Part shown: piece by piece, positions 19,912-28,448 of the stretch
Numbering within the stretch: position 1 is the first letter of the stretch
Layout: every line of letters begins with the position of its first letter
Virus record (IMG/VR): IMGVR_UViG_3300048850_000155
Span: 1 to 63,709 of that record
Source of the DNA: a virus
Taxonomy: Duplodnaviria > Caudoviricetes
Length of the DNA stretch: 63,709 nt
Reading direction: 5' to 3' (one strand)
The notes under the pieces: model-generated
Database searches by the model: none
What the model was told of the DNA's origin: nothing
What the model saw: the letters and a program-made list of their open reading frames with translations, nothing else
Program-made: the position numbers and the translations under genes

Positions 19912-20898
19912 GTGAGCGTGCAGATTATCACCGGCGACTGCCGCGACGTTCTCCGCGCGCTGCCCGACGAGAGCGTGCATTGCGTGGTTACGAGCCCGCC
20001 GTATTTCGGCCTGCGTGATTACGGTGTCGCCGGTCAGATCGGCCTTGAGCCGACGCCGGACGAATTCGTGGCTGAGATGGTTGGCGTATTCCGTGACGTG
20101 CGGCGGGTCCTGAGGGATGACGGCACGCTGTGGCTGAACCTGGGCGACAGTTATGCAAGCGATCCCCGGAAGGGACGCGTGACTGCGACGCAGTCGGGGA
20201 AGGCGGCCTATCTTGCGGGACAGGCGAACCAGTGCCGCTTTATTGGCGGCAGCCTAAAGCCCAAGGACTTGATCGGCATTCCGTGGCGCGTCGCCTTCGC
20301 CCTGCAGGCGGACGGCTGGTATCTGCGCAGCGACATCGTTTGGCACAAGCCGAACCCGATGCCGGAGAGCGTCACCGACCGACCCACGAGCGCACATGAG
20401 CATGTCTTCCTGCTCGCGAAGTCTGAGCGGTATTTCTACGATGCCGAGGCGGTGCGTGAGAGGGCGGTGTCCGACGACGATAAGAAGTGGACCGACGGCG
20501 GTTCAGAAAAGCAACGTGGGCACGGTAGGCGGCACGCTGGCTTCAACGGGCGATACGCTGAGCGCATCGCTATCGATGGCGCTCCGACGCACCGCAACCT
20601 CCGCAACGTCTGGACGATCGCAACAAGACCGTTTCCCGAAGCCCATTTCGCAACCTTTCCCCCTGACCTAGCGGAGCGCTGCATCGAGGCTGGCTGTCCA
20701 GCCGGCGGCACCATACTTGATCCATTCGGCGGCGCCGGCACCACCGGCCTCGTCGCCGACCGCCTCGGCCGCAACGCCATTCTGATCGAGCTCAATCCCG
20801 AATATGCGGATATGGCCCGGCGCCGGATCAAGGGCGACGCGCCGCTGTTCGCTCAAGTTTCCGCGAACGACAACTACGCAGCCAAGGCAGCCGCATGA
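19912..20898 (+). CDS. DNA methyltransferase (beta class, SPPY; likely N4-C)
   Basis: VTSPPY, HFATFP, LDPFGGAGTT. Confidence 0.92.
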   Translation: MSVQIITGDCRDVLRALPDESVHCVVTSPPYFGLRDYGVAGQIGLEPTPDEFVAEMVGVFRDVRRVLRDDGTLWLNLGDSYASDPRKGRVTATQSGKAAYLAGQANQCRFIGGSLKPKDLIGIPWRVAFALQADGWYLRSDIVWHKPNPMPESVTDRPTSAHEHVFLLAKSERYFYDAEAVRERAVSDDDKKWTDGGSEKQRGHGRRHAGFNGRYAERIAIDGAPTHRNLRNVWTIATRPFPEAHFATFPPDLAERCIEAGCPAGGTILDPFGGAGTTGLVADRLGRNAILIELNPEYADMARRRIKGDAPLFAQVSANDNYAAKAAA

Positions 20899-23210
20899 CC
20901 CCCCTCGTCTCCACCCCCGCCCAGCCTTCCCCCTACAACCTCGTCGGCTCGACGCTCGTCGACCAAGGCTTTTCGGCCATACCCTGCCGGCCCGGATCCA
21001 AGCGCCCGGGCTCGTACAGCTTCGGGCAGTGGTATGGCCGGAATGACTGGCAGCAATACTGCAACCGCGCCCCGACCGACTTTGAAACTCGGGCGTGGGA
21101 GAAGTGGCCAGACGCCGGCGTGTGCGTTGCGCTCGGCTTTGCAGGCGTCGTCGCCGTCGACGTCGACACGGATGACCCGGCGCTTTGCGCGGCACTCGCG
21201 GCCGTCATCCCCGAATCCCCGATCATGAAGCGCGGCCAGAAGGGCTTTACGGCCTTCTACCGCGGCGGCCCGGAAATCAAGGCGGCGGCCTTCAACGTCA
21301 ACAACGAACGCGTCGTCGATCTCCTGGCGCACGGCAAGCAGACCGTCGTGCCGCCCACGGTCCACCCCGACACCGGTCAGCCGTACCAGTGGATCGGCGA
21401 CGCGCTCGAGACGGTGTCGCCCGACGCGCTGCCCGAACTGCCCCCAGACATCGCCGAGCGCATTGCGGAGGCGCTCGAGCCGTTCGGATATGCCCCGACA
21501 CAAACCCCTCGCGCCCAGGGCGACGGCTACGGCCACAGCATCTGGCGTGACCTGAACGCACGCGCCCTCCAGGACCTCGACGCCTGGGTGCCCGCGCTCG
21601 ACCTGCCCAAGCTCAAGCGCACGTCGCGCGGCTATGTCGCCGTGCCGTTCTGGCGTCCGTCCAATCGCGGTCGCCCGACGCACCAGCGCAACCCGAACCT
21701 CAAGATCACCACGTCGGGCATCAAAGACTTCCACGACGGCGATCGCGGCTATACGCCTCTCGATCTCGTCATGGCGGCTCTCGGCTGCGGCCTGGACTTC
21801 GCCGACCAGTGGCTGCGTGAGCGGCTCGGGTTTCAGGAGCCGGACCTCTACGGCCTGGAGCCCTGGTTTCCCAAAACGGCGCCACTGCCCGACGCGCCAC
21901 AACCTGCCACACCGGCCCCCGTCGCCGCGCCTCGTGGGACCGTCAATCCGTTCACGGCAGCCTCGGCTGGCGGGCTGCTGCACGTCATCCACGATTGGGT
22001 GATTGCCAATGGTCGCCGCCCGGTGCCGGAGTTCGCGACCATGGCCGCTGTGACGTTCCTGGCGGGGCTGTATGGCCGTCGCTGCGTCGGGCCTACCGGC
22101 GCCGGCCTCAACGTCTACTTCGTTGGGCTGGGCTCCTCTGCCCACGGAAAGGGCCTCCCGCTGAAGGCGCTCAAGACGCTCGCCGTCGACTGCGGTTTGC
22201 AGCGCATGGTCATTGCCGGCGACTTCACCGCAGACTCGGCGATCGAGCGGGCGCTTCGCCGCGACCCGTCGCTCGTCGTGGCCTGGGATGAGTTCGGGCT
22301 CGTGCTCCAAGGCGTGAACGGCCGCAACGCGTCCTCCTGGACGCGCACGGTTCGCCGCGCGCTCCTGGAGGTCTACAGCCTGTCAACGGACATGTGGTCG
22401 GGCAAGCAGTATGCAGACCCCAAGCGAGACGACCCGGAGCCGGTCTATTGCCCCACGCTGTCCATCCTGGGCATGACCACGCCGAGCACGTTCTACGACG
22501 GCCTGGCCGACGGCAACCTGTCAGACGGTTTCCTCAACCGCATGACGGTGATCCACGCCACCGAGACGCCGGAGCGCCGCAGGGCACCGCCGGTGATGGT
22601 GACACCGCCCTCGCTGCAGGCGGCAATTAAGGCCGCCGCCAATCAGCAGTTCGGCACCGGCAACCTTGGTGGCGCGCGCATGGCCAATGCTCGTCCACCC
22701 ATGCACGTCGTGCCATGGGAGAGCCCAGCAGTCGAGGCGCGCTGGCTCGAGATCGAGGATTGGCAGATAGCCGAGATCGAAGAGCGCGGCGGCGTCGAGG
22801 GCATCATCGGGCGAACGGCCGAGCAGACGATCAAGCTCGCCACGATCCGGGCACTGTCACGCGACGGCGTCACCGCCAAAGTCACGCAGGACGATATCGA
22901 ATGGGGCTATGCCATCGTGCAGCGCTCGCTCGACTGCCTCGACCGCGGTGTGCGTGACCACATGGCGTCGTCAGACTTCGAGTCGCTCTGCAAGGCCATC
23001 CTGGCGGCCCTGCACAAGAGCAAGGACGGCAGCATGCCCATGTCGCACCTTCTGCGCGTCAAGGGCATCTCCAAGGCCGAGGACCGGCATGTCAACGCCG
23101 CCGTCGACCGGCTCGTGCGGGTGGGTGAGGTCATGCGCACCAGGGGCACGCGCGGGGGCGCCGGCGGGCTCCGTCTAACCAACGCAATGGAGGCCGCTGA
23201 GGCTGCTTGA
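20895..23210 (+). CDS. Bifunctional primase-polymerase fused to DUF3987-like helicase
   Basis: VAVDVD, VVPPTVHPDTGQPYQW; GSSAHGK, WDEFG, GFLNR. Confidence 0.88.
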   Translation: MTPLVSTPAQPSPYNLVGSTLVDQGFSAIPCRPGSKRPGSYSFGQWYGRNDWQQYCNRAPTDFETRAWEKWPDAGVCVALGFAGVVAVDVDTDDPALCAALAAVIPESPIMKRGQKGFTAFYRGGPEIKAAAFNVNNERVVDLLAHGKQTVVPPTVHPDTGQPYQWIGDALETVSPDALPELPPDIAERIAEALEPFGYAPTQTPRAQGDGYGHSIWRDLNARALQDLDAWVPALDLPKLKRTSRGYVAVPFWRPSNRGRPTHQRNPNLKITTSGIKDFHDGDRGYTPLDLVMAALGCGLDFADQWLRERLGFQEPDLYGLEPWFPKTAPLPDAPQPATPAPVAAPRGTVNPFTAASAGGLLHVIHDWVIANGRRPVPEFATMAAVTFLAGLYGRRCVGPTGAGLNVYFVGLGSSAHGKGLPLKALKTLAVDCGLQRMVIAGDFTADSAIERALRRDPSLVVAWDEFGLVLQGVNGRNASSWTRTVRRALLEVYSLSTDMWSGKQYADPKRDDPEPVYCPTLSILGMTTPSTFYDGLADGNLSDGFLNRMTVIHATETPERRRAPPVMVTPPSLQAAIKAAANQQFGTGNLGGARMANARPPMHVVPWESPAVEARWLEIEDWQIAEIEERGGVEGIIGRTAEQTIKLATIRALSRDGVTAKVTQDDIEWGYAIVQRSLDCLDRGVRDHMASSDFESLCKAILAALHKSKDGSMPMSHLLRVKGISKAEDRHVNAAVDRLVRVGEVMRTRGTRGGAGGLRLTNAMEAAEAA

Positions 23211-23214
23211 AAGA

Positions 23215-23410
23215 TGCTTGCAAAACGGCCTGGAAATTTCTGCAAGTTGCAATCACGTGGTTGTAAGATTGTAAAAAATCAGACCCCTTTTACAACCGCT
23301 GAACCCTTATCTGATATAGTGTTCATATATATTAATTGTAAATATAGGGGGGTAACACATCTACCCTAAAAAGAGGGTCTAATTTCTGGAGGAGTGTATA
23401 ATTACAAGAT
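23215..23410. other. Putative replication origin
   Basis: AT-rich gap after primase-helicase with repeated TTGCAA/TTGTAA/TTACAA. Confidence 0.5.
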
Positions 23411-23412
23411 CA

Positions 23413-23808
23413 GTGAAAAGGGATGCGCGCCGCATCCCGGAATGGAAGCTCCAGCACGCAGCGGTGCGGGCTCTCTTCCAAGCCAAGAAGGCGGGCATGC
23501 CCATCCGATGGGCGGCCAGCATGAACGCCGGACGGCGCGGCCCACGTGACCGAGCCATAGCCCAAGCCACCGGGCTGGCACCCGGCGAGCCCGATCTAAA
23601 CATCTACCTGCCCGGGGCTCGCCTCCTGCAAATCGAATACAAAACCACGGACGGGGCGCTATCCGACGAGCAGATCGAGTCGCACGCCGAGATCCTTGAG
23701 CTCGGTTTTGCCCCGGTCGTCGTGCTCGCGCCGGCCAACGAAGACGAAGCCGCGGCGATGACGTTGGCCCTTGTCCACCAGCGCCTCGCCACCACCACGG
23801 ATGCCTGA
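23413..23808 (+). CDS. VRR-NUC-type nuclease
   Basis: EWKLQ...GEPDL...IEYKT..G.LS.EQ. Confidence 0.8.
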   Translation: MKRDARRIPEWKLQHAAVRALFQAKKAGMPIRWAASMNAGRRGPRDRAIAQATGLAPGEPDLNIYLPGARLLQIEYKTTDGALSDEQIESHAEILELGFAPVVVLAPANEDEAAAMTLALVHQRLATTTDA

Positions 23809-23861
23809 CCGCCGTAGCCTTGCGCCGGCGCCGAGCACCTCCTCCGATTTTCGGAGTTTCT

Positions 23862-24818
23862 ATGACTGACCTTTCCGCTACCACCACCCTCCCCACCAAC
23901 CAGCCCCTCGCTCTCCTGGCCGCTCTCACCGCCGCAAAAGACATCGCCGCGATCGAGCGCGACGCCGGGCAGATCTTCCACGACCTCGGCAAGCTCGCCT
24001 TTAACGGCAAGGTTCCCGGCAAGAGCGTCTGGTATTCCATGCGCAATCCGAACGGCACGTGGTCTCAGGTTCGCTGCCAACAGCGTGAGGCGAAGGTCCG
24101 CTACGAGGCCGCTGCCGAGGCGATCCGGACCGACGAGCGTAGGCGCGTTGTTGTGCAGGCTCTCGTGGCGCGTGAGCCGCGATTCAACCCGGCCAGCCGG
24201 CATTCCCTTGCCGCTGGGCTGGAAGACCTCACGCGCCATTTCTGGGGCGCCAAGGCGATCTCCACCACGAGGCGTAATGGCGTCACGCTGGCGGCCGTCC
24301 CGAGCATCGACAACGGTCCGACGCCGGAGCGGATGCGGCAGGCGGCGAACGACAACGATCCGCGCGCTGGTGGCGTGTTCCGCAGTCCCTTCCATCGAAT
24401 GTTCGAGCGCGGCCAACTCGACAAGGACGAGGCGATCAACGAGCTGCTCTATTCGGCTGGCGTGCGGTTCTACCAGGATTGGTACTACAGCGGCTTGGCC
24501 GGCGGCCTCGGCTCGTTCGACTACTCCAAGCCGATCGTCGACAGCAGCGGCGGTGAATCCAGCCACATGCCGCGGACGATGCGTGAGGCTGCGCGGAGGC
24601 AGGCATGGCGGGCAGCGGTTGCTCTGCTCGCCCCGATCGAGCTGCGCATGATCGAGGCCGTAGTATTGGGGGAAAAGACGGTCGAAGAAGTTTGCGTCAA
24701 AATCACTGGGACAGGGCGCGTGTCGAATGCCCGCAGAGAAGCCAAATCAATCTTGGTTCAGGCTCTTACAAACCTCGTGAAGCTCTACGGCCTCGCCGGG
24801 TTTAAACAAGTGGCCTAG
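23862..24818 (+). CDS. Putative late-gene regulator (Q-like/DUF6456-like)
   Basis: Last early gene before late leader; LYSAGVRFYQDW; C-terminal sigma4-like helical domain. Confidence 0.55.
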   Translation: MTDLSATTTLPTNQPLALLAALTAAKDIAAIERDAGQIFHDLGKLAFNGKVPGKSVWYSMRNPNGTWSQVRCQQREAKVRYEAAAEAIRTDERRRVVVQALVAREPRFNPASRHSLAAGLEDLTRHFWGAKAISTTRRNGVTLAAVPSIDNGPTPERMRQAANDNDPRAGGVFRSPFHRMFERGQLDKDEAINELLYSAGVRFYQDWYYSGLAGGLGSFDYSKPIVDSSGGESSHMPRTMREAARRQAWRAAVALLAPIELRMIEAVVLGEKTVEEVCVKITGTGRVSNARREAKSILVQALTNLVKLYGLAGFKQVA

Positions 24819-24821
24819 CTG

Positions 24822-24868
24822 CGGGACGCGACGCGGGACGTCACGGGACGCCTACTGTGCTATATATC
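24822..24868 (+). promoter_or_regulatory. Putative late promoter with three CGGGACG direct repeats
   Basis: CGGGACG at 24822, 24834, 24844, then TGCTATAT. Confidence 0.45.
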
Positions 24869-25120
24869 GACTATCAGCCAATAGAGCGTCCGGAGTGAGC
24901 CGGACACCAGAGCCGCCCCACCGGGATCGCGTTAAGCCCCGGGCAACGGGGCGGCTCATTTAGTTTGACGATGAGGGCGGAACGGGCGCCCGCCATACCT
25001 CGGGGGAGGTAAAGTAGCGCAACCACCGGTCGCCGTCGGCGACGCGACGCGTGAAGAGATGCGGGAGTGGTGCGACCGAGCCGCACCCTGAAAACTGCCA
25101 CCCGCCGTCGTCTTTTTGTT

Positions 25121-25223
25121 TCAGGATGCCCGGGCGCGGCAACGTGTTCCGATCAGACGGGATAAGCCAGTATGCCCGTCAACTATGCTCGCCTGACTAC
25201 TGGATTGAGGCGAGCCATCCTGA
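25121..25223 (+). ncRNA. Structured RNA: closed multi-helix junction with kissing loops
   Basis: TCAGGATG/CATCCTGA closing stem; loop CCAGTA (25167) complementary to loop TACTGG (25198). Confidence 0.5.
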
Positions 25224-25229
25224 TTAAGT

Positions 25230-25486
25230 TCGGTGCGGCGCAGTTGGGCACCACGCGGCGGATTAGATGTGCCATGTGGATAACCAAAGGTTCACCGTAT
25301 GGGGACCGGCCCACCGGCCCGCACCGATTATTTCATCACGGCTAGGGCCTCCCCAGGGCTCCGGCTCTGGGGGATACGAGATCGGTGCGGCGGCGTGGAA
25401 GTCGCAGACACGCAGCGTAATACGGAAAGTAGCGCAGGTAGGTCAGACCTGTTCGCCGGAGTAGCCCCCGGCCCGCACCGACACCA
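25230..25486 (+). ncRNA. Two tandem related tRNA-like structured elements
   Basis: Both start TCGGTGCGGCG and end CCGGCCCGCACCGA; second followed by CACCA. Confidence 0.45.
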
Positions 25487-25628
25487 GAGCATTGCCGACC
25501 GCCCACCACCCACACACCCCATCGCCGCAAGGCGGTTGCGACCGGGTTGAGCCGCTTCGGCGTGCTCCCCGGTCGCGTTTCATTGGAGCCTCGCATGTCC
25601 CTCATCGAACGGATCATTCAGCGATTGC

Positions 25629-25949
25629 GTGACGCGTGCCGCCCGTCATGGGTGCCGTGCATTGGATGACAGGCGCCCATGGCGTCGTCTCTACAAGACC
25701 GCACGATGGCTCGCGTTACGCATCGCGCACCTATCCGAGTTCCCGCTGTGCTGCATGTGTCTCGATCGTGAGATCGTGACTGCAGCCGAAGTCGTCGACC
25801 ACGTGGTGCCACATCGGGGCGACGAGGATCTGTTCTTTGATCCCCGAAACCTGCAGTCCCTCTGCAAGCACTGCCATGACAGCACGAAGCAACGCATCGA
25901 GCTGGGCCAGGTGGTCGTGACCTTCGGGCCTGACGGGTGGCCGAGTTGA
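25629..25949 (+). CDS. HNH endonuclease (terminase-associated)
   Basis: PLCCMC...VVDHVVPH...NLQSLCKHCHD. Confidence 0.9.
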   Translation: MTRAARHGCRALDDRRPWRRLYKTARWLALRIAHLSEFPLCCMCLDREIVTAAEVVDHVVPHRGDEDLFFDPRNLQSLCKHCHDSTKQRIELGQVVVTFGPDGWPS

Positions 25950-26206
25950 GAAAAAAGACGAAGAATTCGCCGAAAACCGCTGTTTTATCTCACATTTTCG
26001 CTTGACGTAATCGGCGCTTCGTGGTAAAATCGGGAGCGCCTGCCCCTGGCCGACAATCCCGACGAAATGTGCCATTTTGGAACGTGTTGCATTTTTGCAA
26101 CTAGTGGGGAGGGGTGTGGCAAAAGTCACACACCTTCCGATCGCCGGACCGCCGTCCCCCGAGAACGCACGCATCTGCAATTCAAAATATGACCCCAGGG
26201 TGAGCC

Positions 26207-26602
26207 ATGCCGAGGCCAAGGACGCCCTCGGCCAAGGCGAAAACCGCGGGCCGAGACAAGATCAATCCAGGACGCATGAAGGGGCGGGTTGAGCCCAAGG
26301 CTGGTGGCCCGCTCGGGCCTCCGCCGGCCTGGATTAAAGACACCGAGATGTGCAAGGCGCGTTCGGCGTGGAACCTGTTCGCCAAGGACATCCCGTGGCT
26401 GAACGAGTCGCACCGATTTTTGGTCGGCATGGCGGCGAGTATTCAGGGGCGGCTGATGGCCGGCCAGGACGTCGGCGTACAGGCAATGAACCTGCTCCGC
26501 CAGTGCCTCGGGCAGATGGGCGCGACGCCTGCTGACGCTTCAAAGGTTTCGCATCCGGACGATGGCGACAAAGACCCAGACGACGAGCTCTTCAACCGGT
26601 GA
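26207..26602 (+). CDS. terS: Terminase small subunit
   Basis: MPRPRTP...GPPPAW...LGQMGATPA; position before terL. Confidence 0.75.
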   Translation: MPRPRTPSAKAKTAGRDKINPGRMKGRVEPKAGGPLGPPPAWIKDTEMCKARSAWNLFAKDIPWLNESHRFLVGMAASIQGRLMAGQDVGVQAMNLLRQCLGQMGATPADASKVSHPDDGDKDPDDELFNR

Positions 26603-28448
26603 GGCGCTCATGAGGGTGAGCGCCTACGCGCAGGACGTGCTCGACGGCAAGATCGTTGCCGGGCCGCACGTCCGCAATGCGTGCCGGCGGCACTTTGACG
26701 ACTTGGCCACCGGCCACGGGCGCGGCCTGCGCTTCGACGAGGCCGCCGCCGCCCACGTCATGCGGTTCTTTGAGCGTGGGCTGAAGCTTTCCGAGGGCCA
26801 GTTCGAGGGGCAGCTGTTCAAGCTGCACCCCAGCCAAGCCTTTAAGCTCGGCTCGCTGTTCGGTTGGATGCGCGCCGACGGCACGCGCCGGTTTCGCCGA
26901 GCCTACATCGAAGAGGGTAAGGGCAACGGCAAGTCGCCGTTCGCCGGCGGGATAGGGTTGTACAGCCTTATGGCCGATGGCGAGCCGGGCGCGCAGGTTT
27001 ATGCTGCCGCGGCCAAGAAAGAGCAGGCAGCTATCCTGTTTCAGGACGCTGTCAAGATGGTCCGGCGCTCGCCGGCGCTTTCAAAGCGTCTTCAATTCAG
27101 CGGCGGACTCGGGCGCGAATTCAATATCGCGCACCATACGTCGCAGTCGTTCTTCCGACCAATCTCGAAGGATGCCGGCAAGACCGGATCCGGCCCGCGC
27201 CCTCATTTCGCGCTCTGCGACGAGGTGCATGAGCACCCCGACCGCTCGATCATGGAGATGCTCGAGCGCGGCTTCAAATTCCGCCGGCAGCCGTTGCTGC
27301 TGATGATCACGAACAGCGGCTCGGATCGCAATTCGGTCTGCTGGGAAGAGCATCAGCACGCCGTCCGTGTGGCGGCGGGCACGCGAGAATTAGACGACGA
27401 CTTCACCTACGTGGGCGAGGTCATCGACGACACGACCTTCTCGTATGTCTGTTCGCTCGACAAGGACGACGACCCGATCGAGGACCCGTCGTGCTGGCCA
27501 AAGGCGAACCCGCTGCTCGGCACGATCCTCACCGAAGAGTACCTCGCGGGCGTTGTCGCTCAGGCGAGGGACATCCCGGGCCGGCTGAACGGCATCCTGC
27601 GACTGCACTTCTGCGTCTGGACAGACGCGGATGAGGCCTGGATGTCGCGCGCGACGATCGAGTCCGTCATGGACGAGTTCGACCCGGAGGTTGAACACGT
27701 TGGCAAGAAGGTTTTCCTTAGCGCCGACCTGTCGGCAACGAAGGACCTGACGGCGGCGGCTGCAGTTGTGCAGACCGGGTTCAAAACCATGGAGCGTGAG
27801 GACGGCACGACGGTCGATCTGCCGACCTTCGACGCATGGGTCGAGGCCTGGACGCCAGCGGACACTCTGGCCGAGCGCGTAAAGGCGGACAACGCTCCAT
27901 ACGACGTGTGGGTGCGGGATGGCTGGTTGCATGCGCCCCCCGGCAAGCGAATCCGCTACGACTTCGTGGCTGCACGCATCGCAGAGTTGGATCAGATCTT
28001 CGACATCCAGGCGCTCGCCTACGACCGCTACGCCTATGAGAAGTTTCGCGAGGAATGCGAGGCCATAGGCCTGACGATCAGCCATGTGGCCCACCCACAG
28101 GGCGGCAAGGTCAGAGCGAGGCCGGAACCGGAGAAGGTCGAGGCCGCGAAGGCGGCCGGGCTTCCTCCGCCGCAGGGGCTATGGATGCCAGGCTCGATTA
28201 CCGAGCTCGAAAATCTGATCATAGACGGCCGTATCAGGATGCGGCGAAGCCCGGTCCTGATGACCGCGCTCATGGGCGCAACCTTCGACCACGATCCGCA
28301 AGACAACCGCTGGTTTGTGAAAGCAAAGGCGACGACCCGCATCGACGCGGCCGTGGCGCTCGCGATGGCGATCGGCGCAGCGACCGATGCCGCAGTGCCG
28401 GCTCCTAACCTCGACGACTTCATCAACAACATGGTCATGGTGATCTAA
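26562..28448 (+). CDS. terL: Terminase large subunit
   Basis: GKGNGKS, CDEVH, ADLS..KDLT, YDRY, RIDAAVA. Confidence 0.95.
   Translation: MATKTQTTSSSTGEALMRVSAYAQDVLDGKIVAGPHVRNACRRHFDDLATGHGRGLRFDEAAAAHVMRFFERGLKLSEGQFEGQLFKLHPSQAFKLGSLFGWMRADGTRRFRRAYIEEGKGNGKSPFAGGIGLYSLMADGEPGAQVYAAAAKKEQAAILFQDAVKMVRRSPALSKRLQFSGGLGREFNIAHHTSQSFFRPISKDAGKTGSGPRPHFALCDEVHEHPDRSIMEMLERGFKFRRQPLLLMITNSGSDRNSVCWEEHQHAVRVAAGTRELDDDFTYVGEVIDDTTFSYVCSLDKDDDPIEDPSCWPKANPLLGTILTEEYLAGVVAQARDIPGRLNGILRLHFCVWTDADEAWMSRATIESVMDEFDPEVEHVGKKVFLSADLSATKDLTAAAAVVQTGFKTMEREDGTTVDLPTFDAWVEAWTPADTLAERVKADNAPYDVWVRDGWLHAPPGKRIRYDFVAARIAELDQIFDIQALAYDRYAYEKFREECEAIGLTISHVAHPQGGKVRARPEPEKVEAAKAAGLPPPQGLWMPGSITELENLIIDGRIRMRRSPVLMTALMGATFDHDPQDNRWFVKAKATTRIDAAVALAMAIGAATDAAVPAPNLDDFINNMVMVI

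Noticed and set aside
16603-20898. Restriction-modification system
   Set aside because: No cognate restriction endonuclease recognised; orphan phage MTases are the simpler explanation.
25230-25486. Canonical tRNA genes
   Set aside because: No GTTCRA T-loop or proper 7-nt anticodon arm; kept only as tRNA-like elements.
25950-26206. Exact cos site
   Set aside because: The position between HNH and terS fits cos packaging, but the cut site cannot be defined from sequence alone.
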